Shown one piece after another: positions 35,490 to 50,644 of a stretch of DNA of 64,000 nt; position 1 is the first letter of the stretch, and every line of letters begins with the position of its first letter. The DNA is from Octopus vulgaris. Taxonomy: Eukaryota. The position numbers and the translations under genes are program-made. The notes beneath the pieces were generated by a model. That model worked only from the letters and a program-made list of their open reading frames with translations. It ran no database searches and was not told the origin of the DNA. The stretch is from assembly GCA_951406725.2 (NCBI GenBank), contig OX597840.1:23126001-23190000 (forward strand), written 5' to 3'.

Positions 35490-36755
35490 CTCTTCAAGAG
35501 AAATAAAATCAATTCTTCAAGTTGTACAGATCAACAACTTTTCAATAATATTTCATGTGATTTTTCTGAAAGAATAGAAAAAAATAATATAAGATATCAA
35601 TTATGTTTAAAAGGCAGATATTCAAAAGTGCAAATTTACGACATTTCTGTTTTCATAAATTGTAGAAGTAATTCTTTATCTGAACTATTAAACTAATCCC
35701 ATCTCTCTGTCTATATCAGGGTGTAGACACATGTAGTATAATAACATCTCCTGGACATTAAGTCTGTCATAGACACATACCAATATACATGTCAATAATA
35801 CTAGATATCTGATGTTTTCATCTTAGTCATGTGTCGTAAAAGAGATATCACACCTCCCCTGCCTATTTCCGTACATTTATAAATATATAAATACACACAT
35901 ACAGGCAGCTTAATGTCAATATTCTGTTGAATATGAAACATGAATAACAGTCAGTAAATAATCAGTATGGATGACTAACAGCATCAAAATCTTTTGTGGG
36001 GAATTTTTGATGTAGGAAAAATTATTGGTTGAGGTGGAGAAGGAAATTGGTGACAATCCTTCTCAATGGGGGCAAATGATGTAGTTTTAACATTAAATTA
36101 TTCTCGTTTTTTTCTTTAATTTTAAATTCTTACATGTTACAATTAATGTTTCTCTTCCTTTTTACTTTGCAACGAAATATTGTTTATCGTGGTGAGTGAA
36201 AAATACAGCGACGCGTAATCAAGGAGGTGTGAGTTCGAATCTCATAGCCGGCCGCCAACACTTTTCTGCAAAATAGGGGTAGCTTATCCTGTTCAGGCTA
36301 TATTATTAGCAATATCCTGTCTTTGAGAATTTAAAATCACTTCTTTAACTTCCTAAGACATCTCAAAGATTCTAAAGCAAAGTTCGTTTGTTTGTTTACG
36401 TTCATAGTAATTTGAATTTAAATATATATGTATTACGAAGAGAGAAAAGGATAACTTAGGTAATTAATTGAAAATAACATAAAAACACAGAGTGCAATTC
36501 ATATATAATGCCTTAAATCCCAACAACGGACCATTGAATGTGTTTATGTGAAAAAAGATATCGAAAAACATTAGCACGTAAGAGTGAGAAAGAAACTCGG
36601 AAGGTATCAGGTGGTCGTGGGGTGCGCGATAAATAACAGCTAAATTGCTCTTCAATCGGTTTTTTCCATTCTTTGTTGGTTTCATAACCGTTTGAATCCT
36701 TGCATGTACAGCAGAAATACGCAGAAATTTTCTGAAAATTCCCCCAAAATAAAAA

Positions 36756-37559
36756 TCTCTCTATATATAAACGGCAGTTTGTCTGTCTGACTGTGTGTCT
36801 GTCAGGTTGTACCCTCACCCTGACCACGGCTTTCAACCGATTCTGATGAAACTTGACACACACATAGCCCAATGTCATAATTCAAAACTAACGCAGCGAA
36901 AATTTTGAAAAGTTCCCCCAGTTCTGAAAAAAAATCGATAAATTCGACATGGGTCGAGAATCTAAGCTTTTTATATGCAACACATTTTCTACAGACTGTC
37001 TAGGGGACGCAACTCGACCTTTTTAACTCTCGGAATACGTGGGGTAAGTATCCCAAAATGTATAAAAATGTACAAAAACGGCAAAAAAGCGGGCAGCAAT
37101 GTGAGTGACAACAACGAAAAAGTCAAAAGTGACCAAACTGAACAAACGAATGGAAAAGGTTTTTTGGTGCAAACGACAAAAGCGGTTTATAATAAACCAA
37201 GAGTTTGCAAGTAGCGTCCGAGGACCCTTAGGGTACGTCAAAAATTTAAGGTAAAACGTTTGGGGTGGTAGTTATAAAGAAAGTGTAAACAAAAAGATGT
37301 ATTTGAATAACTTGCGGCTGCAACAGCTATTAGCAGAAGTGGCGGTGTTGGGGGTAAAGTCTCGAATGTAATTTCTTCCTGGTAGAAATTGGTTGGATTG
37401 AATTATCGATAGCTGTTTGATAGTTATTTGGGAGTGAAGAGAAGACATTGCAACCTACACATGCGCCTTCGTTCCCTAGAGGGAAATGACTAGATTGGTA
37501 TTAGTCGTTGCCTACTAGGGGCTCTTGCATACCCGGGCAACGCCGCGCTATGCTGCTAG
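36756..37559 (+). mobile_element. Non-autonomous Helitron, 804 bp, complete
   Basis: A|TCtctctatatataaacggc...(gtct)n ... cccgggcaacgccgcg ctatgctgCTAG|T. The empty A|T site is seen in the paralogue at 53970/53971. Confidence 0.92.
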
Positions 37560-38419
37560 TATGTGATAAGCAGTTACATTGGGTGCTTAAAGAAAGATTC
37601 CTTTGAAAAATAGATATTAATCGTAAGTTGTAATGATGGAGAAGAACCTCCGGAAATAAAGACTTCCTAGGTTTTAAATAAAATCCGTTCTATTTCTTCT
37701 GTATACAATATTTACTTTTCGTTTCAGTATTTCAAGTGCACACTCGTATTTTTATACATTCCGCATGTCTTACAAATTACATCGTAATTTTCCCGCGGAA
37801 TTTACATGTGAGGAAGAAAGAGAAAAGTTATCTACACAAGGTATCCATCGGACGTTAACAAATAATATAGGAAATAACGAAAGATGCAATGAAATATCTG
37901 AATGTAAAGGAGAACACAACGAAAGTATTGAAAGAACAGCCTCACCGAAGTTGAAAAAGTGGGTTTCCATCGCCAAAAAATTAGGGAAAGGTAGGTGCGG
38001 TCCATGCCCTTTACCTCCGCTATTTCGTCTTTGTTTAGTGAGATTCTTTCTTGTAACTTACTCAACACATCGAAACAAACAGACGTACGTAATATGATAC
38101 ATATACAATAGAAATATACTTACATAGTAATATATATTCAGAGAGAGTCAACGATGAAAATATGAGAATATGTTGAATGAGTGAAAAGTTAGAGTGGACA
38201 GTGACAGCTTCAAGAGAATTTTTACGACGAATATTAATATTTAACAGGTCAACATAATAAAAAAAATGCTGCATCTGTTTCTTTAGACACTTAATTACCA
38301 ATCATGTGTCTATTTAATTAGATTTTCTCTTAAATATCAGTTGTAAAGTTGAACGGAGCAACAAAATTAGGAAGAATTGACTCTGAACAAGGGGAACTAA
38401 GTCTTGTCTTTCTACTCTA

Positions 38420-38797
38420 GCGGTGTCATATGAAATTGTCACCCATAATTATGACCCTAGTATCGATCTATTGCATTTCAATCTGTTTTAGGGTTAGGGT
38501 TGGGAGGAAGGGTATCTTTTTTTCTTCACAAATGTAAATAAACCCAATTTGTTTGTTAAACGAGGGACATATTCATACTGCACAGAATGTTTTTTTTACC
38601 TCAATGGACGTCATTGATTGGTTGAAATTGCAGAAATTGAAGAAAAAACAACAAATATTTTACAAACTATAGAATTTTCTCAATTAAGCCAAGAGAAATA
38701 GATGTTTTATAAACAGATTCTACCCGTATATGAAGTTTAAAATTTTTTAGTTACCTAGAAACTATGTTAAAAACTGCCGTTCAAACCGAAAAGATCC
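38420..38797 (-). mobile_element. GGATCTTTTC-family MITE with one end missing
   Basis: Reverse complement of 58459-58835. Ends gccgttcaaaccgaaaagatcc. Confidence 0.85.
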
Positions 38798-39920
38798 TAT
38801 ATGTGTTAAAAAATCTCATCACGCAATCGAATCAATGAGAGAGCCTCTGCCCGGTCGCTCGACATGTTAAAAATAGCAGCCAAAGTATCCCCCTATCTAA
38901 ATCACATGCCCATTGTACGTAATGTCCTAGATTATCCCTCAAAAGACAGTTTGCTGAAGGCTGGAATGTCTTTGATGATACGTTTGCTGTATCAGGTTTG
39001 ATTTGAGGCTAAATAACATTATGGTAAATTTCTATATTAACTCCCGCATGATTTTCACGAAGGAAAAAATCAAAATGTTAGATTTTTTGCGTGGAATCAA
39101 CTACCCTGACCTCATAATATGCTACAAAACCCTTTTACGGGTTCAAAAGATGGGGTGGGGTGAGATGGAAGCCATTTTTTTCTTTTGCCTTAGAAAAAAA
39201 CACATTAGGACAATGGAGAAGAGTTTGATATTATTTATTCAGCATTACATGTGTTTCATTTCCTAATAGGAATTACAAACATTTACACGTAGAGAAAAAA
39301 ATGTAAAAGATTTCCTTGAAGAGAATCTTTGAACATACATGTGTGTGTGTGTGTGTGGACCCTTGTCCAGATGTTATGTGATGTTCGTAAATGGCCATCA
39401 TGACCGTCATACTTGTGCAGTTGTTCACTTCCAGTCCTCTGCGTAAAATATGTCTCACCAGGAAAAATATTTCCTTGCTTGGAAACATGTGAGGATTGGT
39501 CAAGAGAAAGGTACCCAGATGTAGAAAATCTCCATCAATGAATTCCATCTGATCCACAGAAGCATGAACAGGAGAATGTTAAATGATGAGGATCATCATC
39601 ATCGTGGTTCCTCTTCTGTATGAATGCATTTACATTTCAATAATTGATCACTTTCATAGATTGATTTAGCACGAATAGCTTAGGTTACAGTTATATCTTT
39701 CATATTAATAGGACTGTGTACAAACAATTCACCATTTTGAAAGAATGATTCAGGTTTAACGTCACAGTGGTATGTTTTCCTTCCTCTGTCAATGTTCTTT
39801 TCATTCAATAATGGATGATTTCATGTCAAAGATTTACTATAGATGTCACATTCATATAGTTTTTATCATGTGTAGAGTTACTTATAAGGTCCAAGTTTGA
39901 CATTCTGGCGGAATATCACT

Positions 39921-40807
<887 letters not shown>

Positions 40808-41001
40808 TCAAGTTTTATACATCAACAACTTTTCAAAAATATTTCTCCTCTCCTCAAAATATACGGATATTTTTCTTCTTTTCGTTTTTATAGTTTATTC
40901 CAAACAAATATCACTACTCTTGTATTTCTTCTAAATGTTATCAATGCCAATATTTAAAAATGTTGCAAATACTCTTTGTAAATTCATCAAAGTATATTTA
41001 A

Positions 41002-42858
41002 AAACTATTGTATGTCTGAAGAATTTCTCATGGGAAATATATGTTACATGTTTTCTACACATCAAAAAGTTTGTGATTCCTATTAGGAAATGAAACACAT
41101 GTAATGCTGAATAAATAATATCAAACTTTTCTCCAGTCTCCTTATGTGATTTTCTAATTACCTTGCAAAGAATATTATCCAAACCTCCCACAAAAATAAT
41201 GTACGTGTATATATGTAATCACAAGCTTCTTTGTTCAACTGGTGTATTTATGTTAGTTAGAGTAGTGGGGTGAGAGGGAGGGAAAAGTAAAGGAAGGTGG
41301 TCTTATAATAATTCTGCTTGTCATTATGTTACTTAGGTCGTCAGTAACACTTTCATGTGGTTGGAGAGAAAGGATAAGGCCATGAGTGAGACGGGAAGAG
41401 AGAGAAGCGTGCATGACGTGATAGGGGGACATATTTAGTTGAAGGTTGTGATATAGAGGAGAGTTAGGAATATAATTTTAGAAGGTGGGTGATGTTCTGA
41501 TGGAGAGATTAAAGAAAGGTAGAGAGAGAGACAGATGATGGTGGTGGTTGTGATGGTCAATACAAAGTGAAAAGTAATTTTTTTTTTTACTTGAACTAAG
41601 TTTTTTTATAACACCTACAAATTGAAATGTGTATTGGCTCTCTGACCCATCACCTTGGCTTACAAGTTACCACTGATGTGGTTTTCAGAGTAAGCAAAGT
41701 TACATTAAATTCTGACCCCTATATTTTACATATAAGGTATTTATTTTAGTATACACTTCTCGTGTTTTAGATAAGAAATTGTGCCCATGTAAATTTTAAA
41801 ATGTAATTTTTTTACTGTTAATGAGAAAACTGGAAAAATATGAGCGAATATTTATTTTATGAGTGCTGTGTCTATAAAATTGTGCATAAAGTGTATTAAG
41901 TAATTACCGTATTCCAATTTCCTTCAGTTTTCAGTGAATAGCAGATGAGCGACTATCTTTTGATGCAGACACAATACAGGCTCCACTTTAGAGTGTTTTG
42001 GTTTCAGGAATAACCCAATCCATTGCCTCACTAGACACCGAGGCCATGACTAGTGACCGGGACCTTTTGTTTTTGGATAATGGATAAACAGCTAAAAGAT
42101 TATATAAATATATATTTATAAAATTAAAGACTTAAATCTGTACAAGATGCCAAGCAAAAAGAAAAGAATTCAATTAAGAATGCATCGGGTGAAAGAATAT
42201 TGGTTTAAAAAACAAATGACATAAAAATGATAACAATGAAGACTATAAGGAATATGAGGGAGATAGGATGAATCCTTTCTATTTGACAATGGCTGGGCAT
42301 TGTCTTGTTGGAAGACTAATGCTTTTCTGTTGGTAATCTCCAGCCGCAGTTCTTTGATTTTTTGGTTCAAATTAGCCATTTGATGACAGAACACATCAGA
42401 ATTAATGGTCTGGTTTTATGGGAGAAGGTCATAATAAACAATGCCTTTATGATCCCACCAAACACAAAGCACAGGTTTGTTGCCATGGATATTCATCTTT
42501 GGTTGCTTGGGGGATATTTCTGCAAACTCCAGGATCAGTTTTGCACAACATTAAGCATGCAATCCATTTTTCATCTCCAGTCACAAGTCGTTTCCAAAAA
42601 AGGGCATGCTTTCTTTCCATTTCAAAAGCATATCCCAAACGGAATACTGGTCCCAGCAATTCTTTTCCAAGAGTTTCAAGCACCCATATATTAAAGCAAA
42701 GAGTAAGATAGAAAGAGGGACAGAGAGAAGCGTACATGATATGTGATAGGGGGAACATAATATTTACTACATGGTAAAAAAAGTTAGTTGAAGTTGATGA
42801 TATAGAGAAGTTAGCAATATAATTTTAGCAGAGTGGTGATGTTCTGATGGTGAGATTT
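41002..42858 (+). repeat. Left arm of a large inverted duplication
   Basis: 41002-42033 is the reverse complement of 47689-48724. 42599-42858 is the reverse complement of 47429-47688. Confidence 0.92.
42285..42690 (-). pseudogene. Mariner transposase fragment
   Basis: IWVLETL...KRLVTGDEKWI and ...WWDHKGIVYYDLL...VFQQDNAQP match the mariner WVPHEL, TGDEKW and HDNARP motifs. Confidence 0.8.
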
Positions 42859-45800
42859 AAGAAATTCAAGCAGAAAACTCAACTAGCTTTGAAAAGTTTC
42901 CTGAAAGGCACATCTGAAGATGAAAAGGTAAGCCTTTTATGGATGGTCGAAAAAGGTCTAGACCTATTCGATAGCTGGGACATGTCAGAATCGGATTGCA
43001 ATAACCCAGACACACTTTTAGAGAAATTTGAAAGGCACATAGAGCCCAAATCGAACCATAGAATTCACAGATACGAATTCCAGGGCCTGAAACAAGACCC
43101 ACAAGAAACGATTGACAATTTCTTGTCCAGACTAAAGAATGTTGCCGAAAAATGCAAATTCAAAGATAAGAACGAAAGAATTGTTGATCAGTTACTATGG
43201 GGGTGTGCTCATAAAGAAGTTCAGAAATCCCTCATAGGTAAGTACGCTCTCCAGTTGATAGAAGCAGTAGACACTGCAAGAGCATTCGAAGCCACTACCA
43301 AACAAATGGCCTCACTTACCTTAAAAACAAGCTCACTAGGCAGCAGTATAGATATTGCATCTAGGCACAAGACGAAACGTACCCGCAAACAAAGAACATG
43401 CCAGTACTGTGGTACAGAGCATGAGTTCGACAACCGGAAGAAATGTCCTGCATTCGGTACACACTGCAAAGCATATGGAAAACCTAACCACTGGGAAAAA
43501 ATGCGTAGGTTGGCAAAATCCCAGAAATACATGCCCCAATTTTCAAAGAGAAGACAAAGAGATATACATGCACAACTACAGGAACAAAACACCTCAGAGG
43601 AGGAATTCTTGGCAGTCGGCACAATAAATGTGCATGAGATGGGGAATGACGACCAGAGAAAAAATGAGGCATACACAACAATAAGAAAACAAAAGAAGTC
43701 TGGCAAGAAACGAATAAACATTGACTTAAGGCTAAAGATCGACACTGGAGCCCAGAGTGATATCTTGCCTGTCAACCTCTACAAAAAGATGTTCCCAGAA
43801 CACATGACACAAGGGAATAAAATCAAAGAAGGAATCCTCACACCAAGTGATGTAATCCTCACTGCGTACGGAGGTACCAGGATGCCACAACTGGGTAAAA
43901 CAACAATCACAGGGACACACAAAGGAAAAACAATCAAGTGTTCTTTTTATGTCACAACAACAGAAGGTCCAGCAATTCTTGGACTCAATACCTGCAAAAA
44001 GCTAAATATTGTGTCAATCAATGGTGAAGTGAAGGCAACTCCGAGCAGGATTGACAGAGATATGCCTATCAAAGACCGACCACCAATCACAAACAAAGAG
44101 GAACTGATAAGCATGTACCCTGAATGCTTTGACGATACAGTCGGGTGCTTTGTGAAATGTCGATACCATATAGCAGTCGACCCCAATATCAAACCAATTG
44201 TTCACCCACCTCGCCGCGTCCCTCTAGAACTAAAAGAGAAGCTGAAGACAGAGTTGGACAGAATGGAAAAAAAGAAATAATCACCAAAGTGACACGACCA
44301 ACAGACTGGGTGAATTCAATTGTAATCAAGGAAAAACCCAATGGTACCCTACGGATATGCCTCGACCCAAGGGACCTGAACAAGGCATTAAAAAGAGAGT
44401 ACCATCCAATTCCAACCCTTGAAGAAATCACACCATCATTGGCTGGGTCCAGATTATTCCGCAAACTGGATGCCAGTAATGGGTACTGGAATGTAAAGAT
44501 AGACAAAGAGTCATCCATACTCACGACCTTCAACACTCCATTTGGCAGATATCGATTCAACCGACTCCCATTTGGATTGAAGGTGAGCCAAGATGTTTTC
44601 CAGCGCCGAATAGATGAGACCTACCAAGGCTGCAAGGGAGCAATTGGAATAGCAGATGACATCCAAGTGCATGGCAAGGATGAGACCACACATGACTTCA
44701 ATTTACATGAAGCTATGGAGAAAACCCGACAAGCAGGCATCAAACTCAATGCGGACAAGTGTGTGATAAAAGAAAAGGAGTGCAAATTCTTTGGAATTAT
44801 ATACTCTGCAGAGGGAGTGAAACCAGACCCTGCTAAAGTGGAAGCCATCAGAGACATCAAAGAACCCAAGGATAAGAAGGAACTCAGGAGCTTCCTGAGA
44901 CTCATCCACTACATGGGAGCCTTCATACCCAAGCTGGCCGATCACACTGCAAATCTCCGAGAACTAAACAAAGATGACGTAGAGTTTGATTGGTGTGCTT
45001 CACACACACAGGATTTCAAAGCAATCAAAAAGCTCATCAGTAAGGAGACAACTCTGCAATACTATGACAGACGCAAACCAGTAACACTCCAAGTCGATGC
45101 TTCTATGAGAGGAGTTGGTGCAGCACTGATACAGGAAGGTAAACCCATTGCATATGCCTCGAAAGCTCTCTCACCCACAGAGACAAGGTATGCAAATATT
45201 GAAAGGGAACTCCTGGCAGTAGTATATGGATGTGAAAAGTTCCATACATACCTGTATGGCAGACATTTCAATATTGAAACAGACCATCACCCGCTAGAAC
45301 AAATACATAGAAAAAAACCTCATGAAAGCACCAGCCAGACTGCAAAGATTACTGTTAAGGCTTCAAACATACGACTATGATATCAGGTACAAGCCAGGAA
45401 AAGACCTGATATTGGCGGATGTTCTTTCCAGACTATCCTCACATGATAAACAGGAGATGGAAGGACAAAGCATAAAGGTCCACCACATTGTAAATGTAAC
45501 GACTACAAAGCTAGCAGAAATCAAAGATGAAGAACACCAGCTCCTTACTCAGATGGTGATTCAGGGGTGGCCAGAAAAGAGACATCAGGTGCAGCCCCTC
45601 GTTTGTGAATATTAGGCCATCCATGATGATATATCAGTGGAGAATGGAATCCTGATGGCTTGATCCCGAATAATCATACCCAAGTCAATGCAAAAAGAGA
45701 TTCTTGACAAGATCCACCAAGGGCATCTAGGAATGGAGAAATGCAAGCTCCAAGCCAAGTCAGCAGTATATTGGGTAGGCATGTACAAAGACATAGAAAA

Positions 45801-46780
45801 GACAGTTTCTAGATGCCACATCTGTCAAAAGTACAGAAATTCACAACAAAAGAAGGAAATGATATCTAGTGACATCCCATGAAAGCCATGGCAAACTATT
45901 GGAGTAGATCTGTTCACAGAGGGCCAAGAATGGTATTTGATAATGGCCTGCTACTACTCCAAATTTCCATTTGTGAGAAGAGTGAAAGACCTGAGAGCCA
46001 AAACAATCACTACAGTGGCTCGAGGACTTCTAGCAGAGCAAGGAATACCAGAGCAGATCATATGTGACAATGGAACCCAGTTAACATCGCAAGAATTCAA
46101 AAAGCTAGCCGATGAGGATGGGTTCAATATTACAACCTCATCTCCACTCTACCCCAAAGGTCATGGGTTTATAGAAAAAAAGGTGCAGACAGTGAAGAGA
46201 ACACTAGTGAAATGCCGAGAGACTAAGGAAGACCCACACCTGGCACTTCTGTCCCTACGAGCGACACCACTGAGAGCTGACATGAAATCCCCAGCAGAAT
46301 TGCTGAATGGCAGGAAGTACAAAACTACCCTGCCAACTAAGATCCAACCTCCTATTGACCAGGAAGAGACAAGGGCAAAGTTAGCAGCCACTCGAGAACA
46401 ATCACAGAAATATTACAACAGACATGCACAATACTTACCTGAGATACTTGGAGGACAACATGTGCATACTGAAGATCCCATAACTAAAACATGGATTCCA
46501 GCACAGGTTGTCAGTAGAGCTGAAACCCCAAGATCGTATATAATAGTAACGGAATCTGGTGGGGAGCTGAGAGGCAACAGGGCCCACATCCGCCCAACAC
46601 CAAAGCTGTTGAGGACAACGTGTACAACACCTGCTGCATCAGTGACAACACCCACAGAATCATCATCCCAATGGGCACCAACCGCCCATCATCAGCAGCC
46701 CAACACCACACCTCAGACACCGGTGCGAAGCACAAGATCCACCAGAGGGAGAAAGAACATCCTGCCACCGGTTTGATACC
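42859..46780 (+). mobile_element. Ty3/gypsy LTR-retrotransposon internal region (gag-PR-RT-RNaseH-IN), disabled, no LTRs found
   Basis: Gag with degenerate knuckle, protease DTGAQ, RT ICLDPRDLN and IADDI, RNase H DAS..ERELLA, integrase HHCC plus CDNGTQ. Frameshifts at A-runs near 44270 and 45315, and stops at 45613, 45661 and 45880. Confidence 0.95.
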
Positions 46781-47428
46781 GTTAAAGAAAAAAATATACA
46801 TGAACTTTCAAAAAACTGCTATGATTAATTTAATTATTCTCAATTTGGTTTTCATTGAGTGAATGCATTTGTGGACGACACAAGAGATATATAGGTGTCG
46901 CGGCGCTGTAAGTAGCGCAGTTCGTGTAACATGGAAAAGTAAATAAACACGTAAAAGAATAACTACGCTTCGTATTGAGTTGTCTATCCCATTAGAACGA
47001 AATAACACATAACAATCACTATTATTGTTATCAGCATCAACCCTACCAGATCTTTTCTGTTTTGCGGCCACGTGTGGAAATGTTCGAGTGTAGTGAAAAT
47101 TTCAGTAATTGAGGTATCCCTATAATTTTCCATGCGAATTCCATCAGTTAATTTGCTTCTTCCACAAAAAAGTTTTTTAAAGTTTAATCATTCTTACCCA
47201 TTTAGAAAACAATATTTGGAAGCTGTCATTTTGTTCATGTAAAAAAAGGGGTGTGAAATATCAAATTATTGTGATTTTGTACTTTTTACACAGAATTTCA
47301 TACGATTCTGCAAATACGTGATATAAAAAACTTTGTTCAATTAAAAGGCCAATTACTTTTAACTATGCACTGTCCATCACCATTTCCTCCACCACAACCA
47401 TCATCATCTCTCTCTCTGTGTGTGCCTC

Positions 47429-48724
47429 AAATCTCACCATCAGAACATCACCACTCTGCTAAAATTATATTGCTAACTTCTCTATATCATCAACTTCAAC
47501 TAACTTTTTTTACCATGTAGTAAATATTATGTTCCCCTCTATCACATATCATGTACGCTTCTCTCTGTCCCTCTTTCTATCTTACTCTTTGCTTTAATAT
47601 ATGGGTGCTTGAAACTCTTGGAAAAGAATTGCTGGGACCAGTATTCCGTTTGGGATATGCTTTTGAAATGGAAAGAAAGCATGCCCTTTAGTGAGGCAAT
47701 GGATTGGTTTATTTCCGAAACCAAAACACTCTAAAGTGGAGCCTGTATTGTGTCTGCATCAAAAGATAGTCGCTCATCTGCTATTCACTGAAAACTGAAG
47801 GAAACTGGAATACGGTAATTACTTAATACACTTTGTGCACAATTTTATAGACACAGCACTCATAAAATAAATATTCGCTCATATTTTTCCAGTTTTCTCA
47901 TTAACAGTAAAAAAATTACATTTTAAAATTTACATGGGCACAATTTCTTATCTAAAACACGAGAAGTGTATACTAAAAAAATTACCTTATATGTAAAATA
48001 TAGGGGTCAGAATTTAATGTAACATGGCTTACTCTGAAAACCACATCAGTGGTAACTTGTAAGCCAAGGTGATGGGTCAGAGAGCCAATACACATTTCAA
48101 TTTGTAGGTGTTGTAAAAAAAACTTTGTTCAAGTAAAAAAAAAACATTACTTTTCACTTTGTATTCACCACCATCATCTTTCTCTCTCTCTACCTATCTT
48201 TAATCTCTCCATCAGAACATCACCCACCTTCTAAAATTATATTTCTAACTCTCCTCTATATCACAACCTGCAAACTAAATATGTCCCCCTATCATGTCAT
48301 GCACGCTTCTCTCTCTTCCCGTCCCACTCATGGCCTTATCCTTTCCCTCTCCCGCTTTCTCTCCAATCACATGAAAGTGTTACTGATGACCTAAGTAACG
48401 TAATGACAAGCAGAATTATTATAAGATCAACTTCCTTTACTTTTCCCTCCCACTCACCCCACTACTCTAACTAACATAAATACACCAGTTGAACAAACAA
48501 GCTTGTGATTACATATATACACGTACATTATTTTTGTGGGAGGTTTGGATAATATTTTTTGCAAGGTAATTACAAATCACATAAGGAGACCGGAGAAAAG
48601 TTTGATATTATTTATTCAGCATTACATGTGTTTCATTTCCTAATAGGAATCAAAAACTTTTAGATGTGTAGAAAACATGTAACATATATTTCCCATGAAA
48701 AATTCTTCAGACATACAATAGTTT
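47429..48724 (-). repeat. Right arm of the inverted duplication (native orientation, 3' flank of G7)
   Basis: See 41002-42858. Lacks the segment of about 565 bp at 42034-42598. Confidence 0.92.
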
Positions 48725-49369
48725 ATGTGAGTGTGTGTGTGTGTATGTACCCGTGTCCAGATATTATGTGATGTTCGTAAAGGGCCATCATGACCGTCAT
48801 ACTTGTGCAGTTGTTCATTTCCAGTCCTCTGCGTCAAATATGTTTCACCAGGGAAAATATTTCCTTGCTTGGAAACAGGTGAGGATTGGTCACAAGAAAG
48901 GGACCCAGATGTAGAAAATCTGCATCAATGAATTCCATCTGATCCACAGAAGCATGAATAGGAGAATGTTAAATGATGAGGATCATCATCATCGTGGTTC
49001 CCCTTCTGTATGAATGCATTTACATTTCAATAATTGATCACTTTCATAGATTGATTTAGCACGAATAACTTAGGTTACAGTTGTATCTTTCATATTAATA
49101 GAACTGTGTACAAACAATTCACCATTTTGAAAGAATGATTCAGGTTTAACATCACAGTGATATGTTTTCCTTCCTCTGTCAATGCTCTTTTGATTCAATA
49201 ATGGATGATTTCATGTCAAAGATTTACTATAGATGTCACATTCATATTGTTTCTATATTCTGTGGATGTCTTTATAAGATACGTCCTTTGTCCTTCTGAG
49301 GAAATGTTGTACAACAAATATCACTGTGTTATGGACCCATTTCATAAGGAAAGACTTCTGTTTAAATCA

Positions 49370-50644
<1,275 letters not shown>

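Noticed and set aside
36188-36257. Possible tRNA gene (gagttcgaatctc B-box)
   Set aside because: I could not build an acceptor stem or cloverleaf. At most it is a decayed tRNA or SINE head.
39273-39557. Recurrent ORF MDQMEFIDGDF... in many units
   Set aside because: It is the reverse strand of the old SINE relic, and starts and stops vary between copies.
46780-47320. Possible 3' LTR of the gypsy element
   Set aside because: No clear polypurine tract with TG...CA ends, and no second copy in the window.
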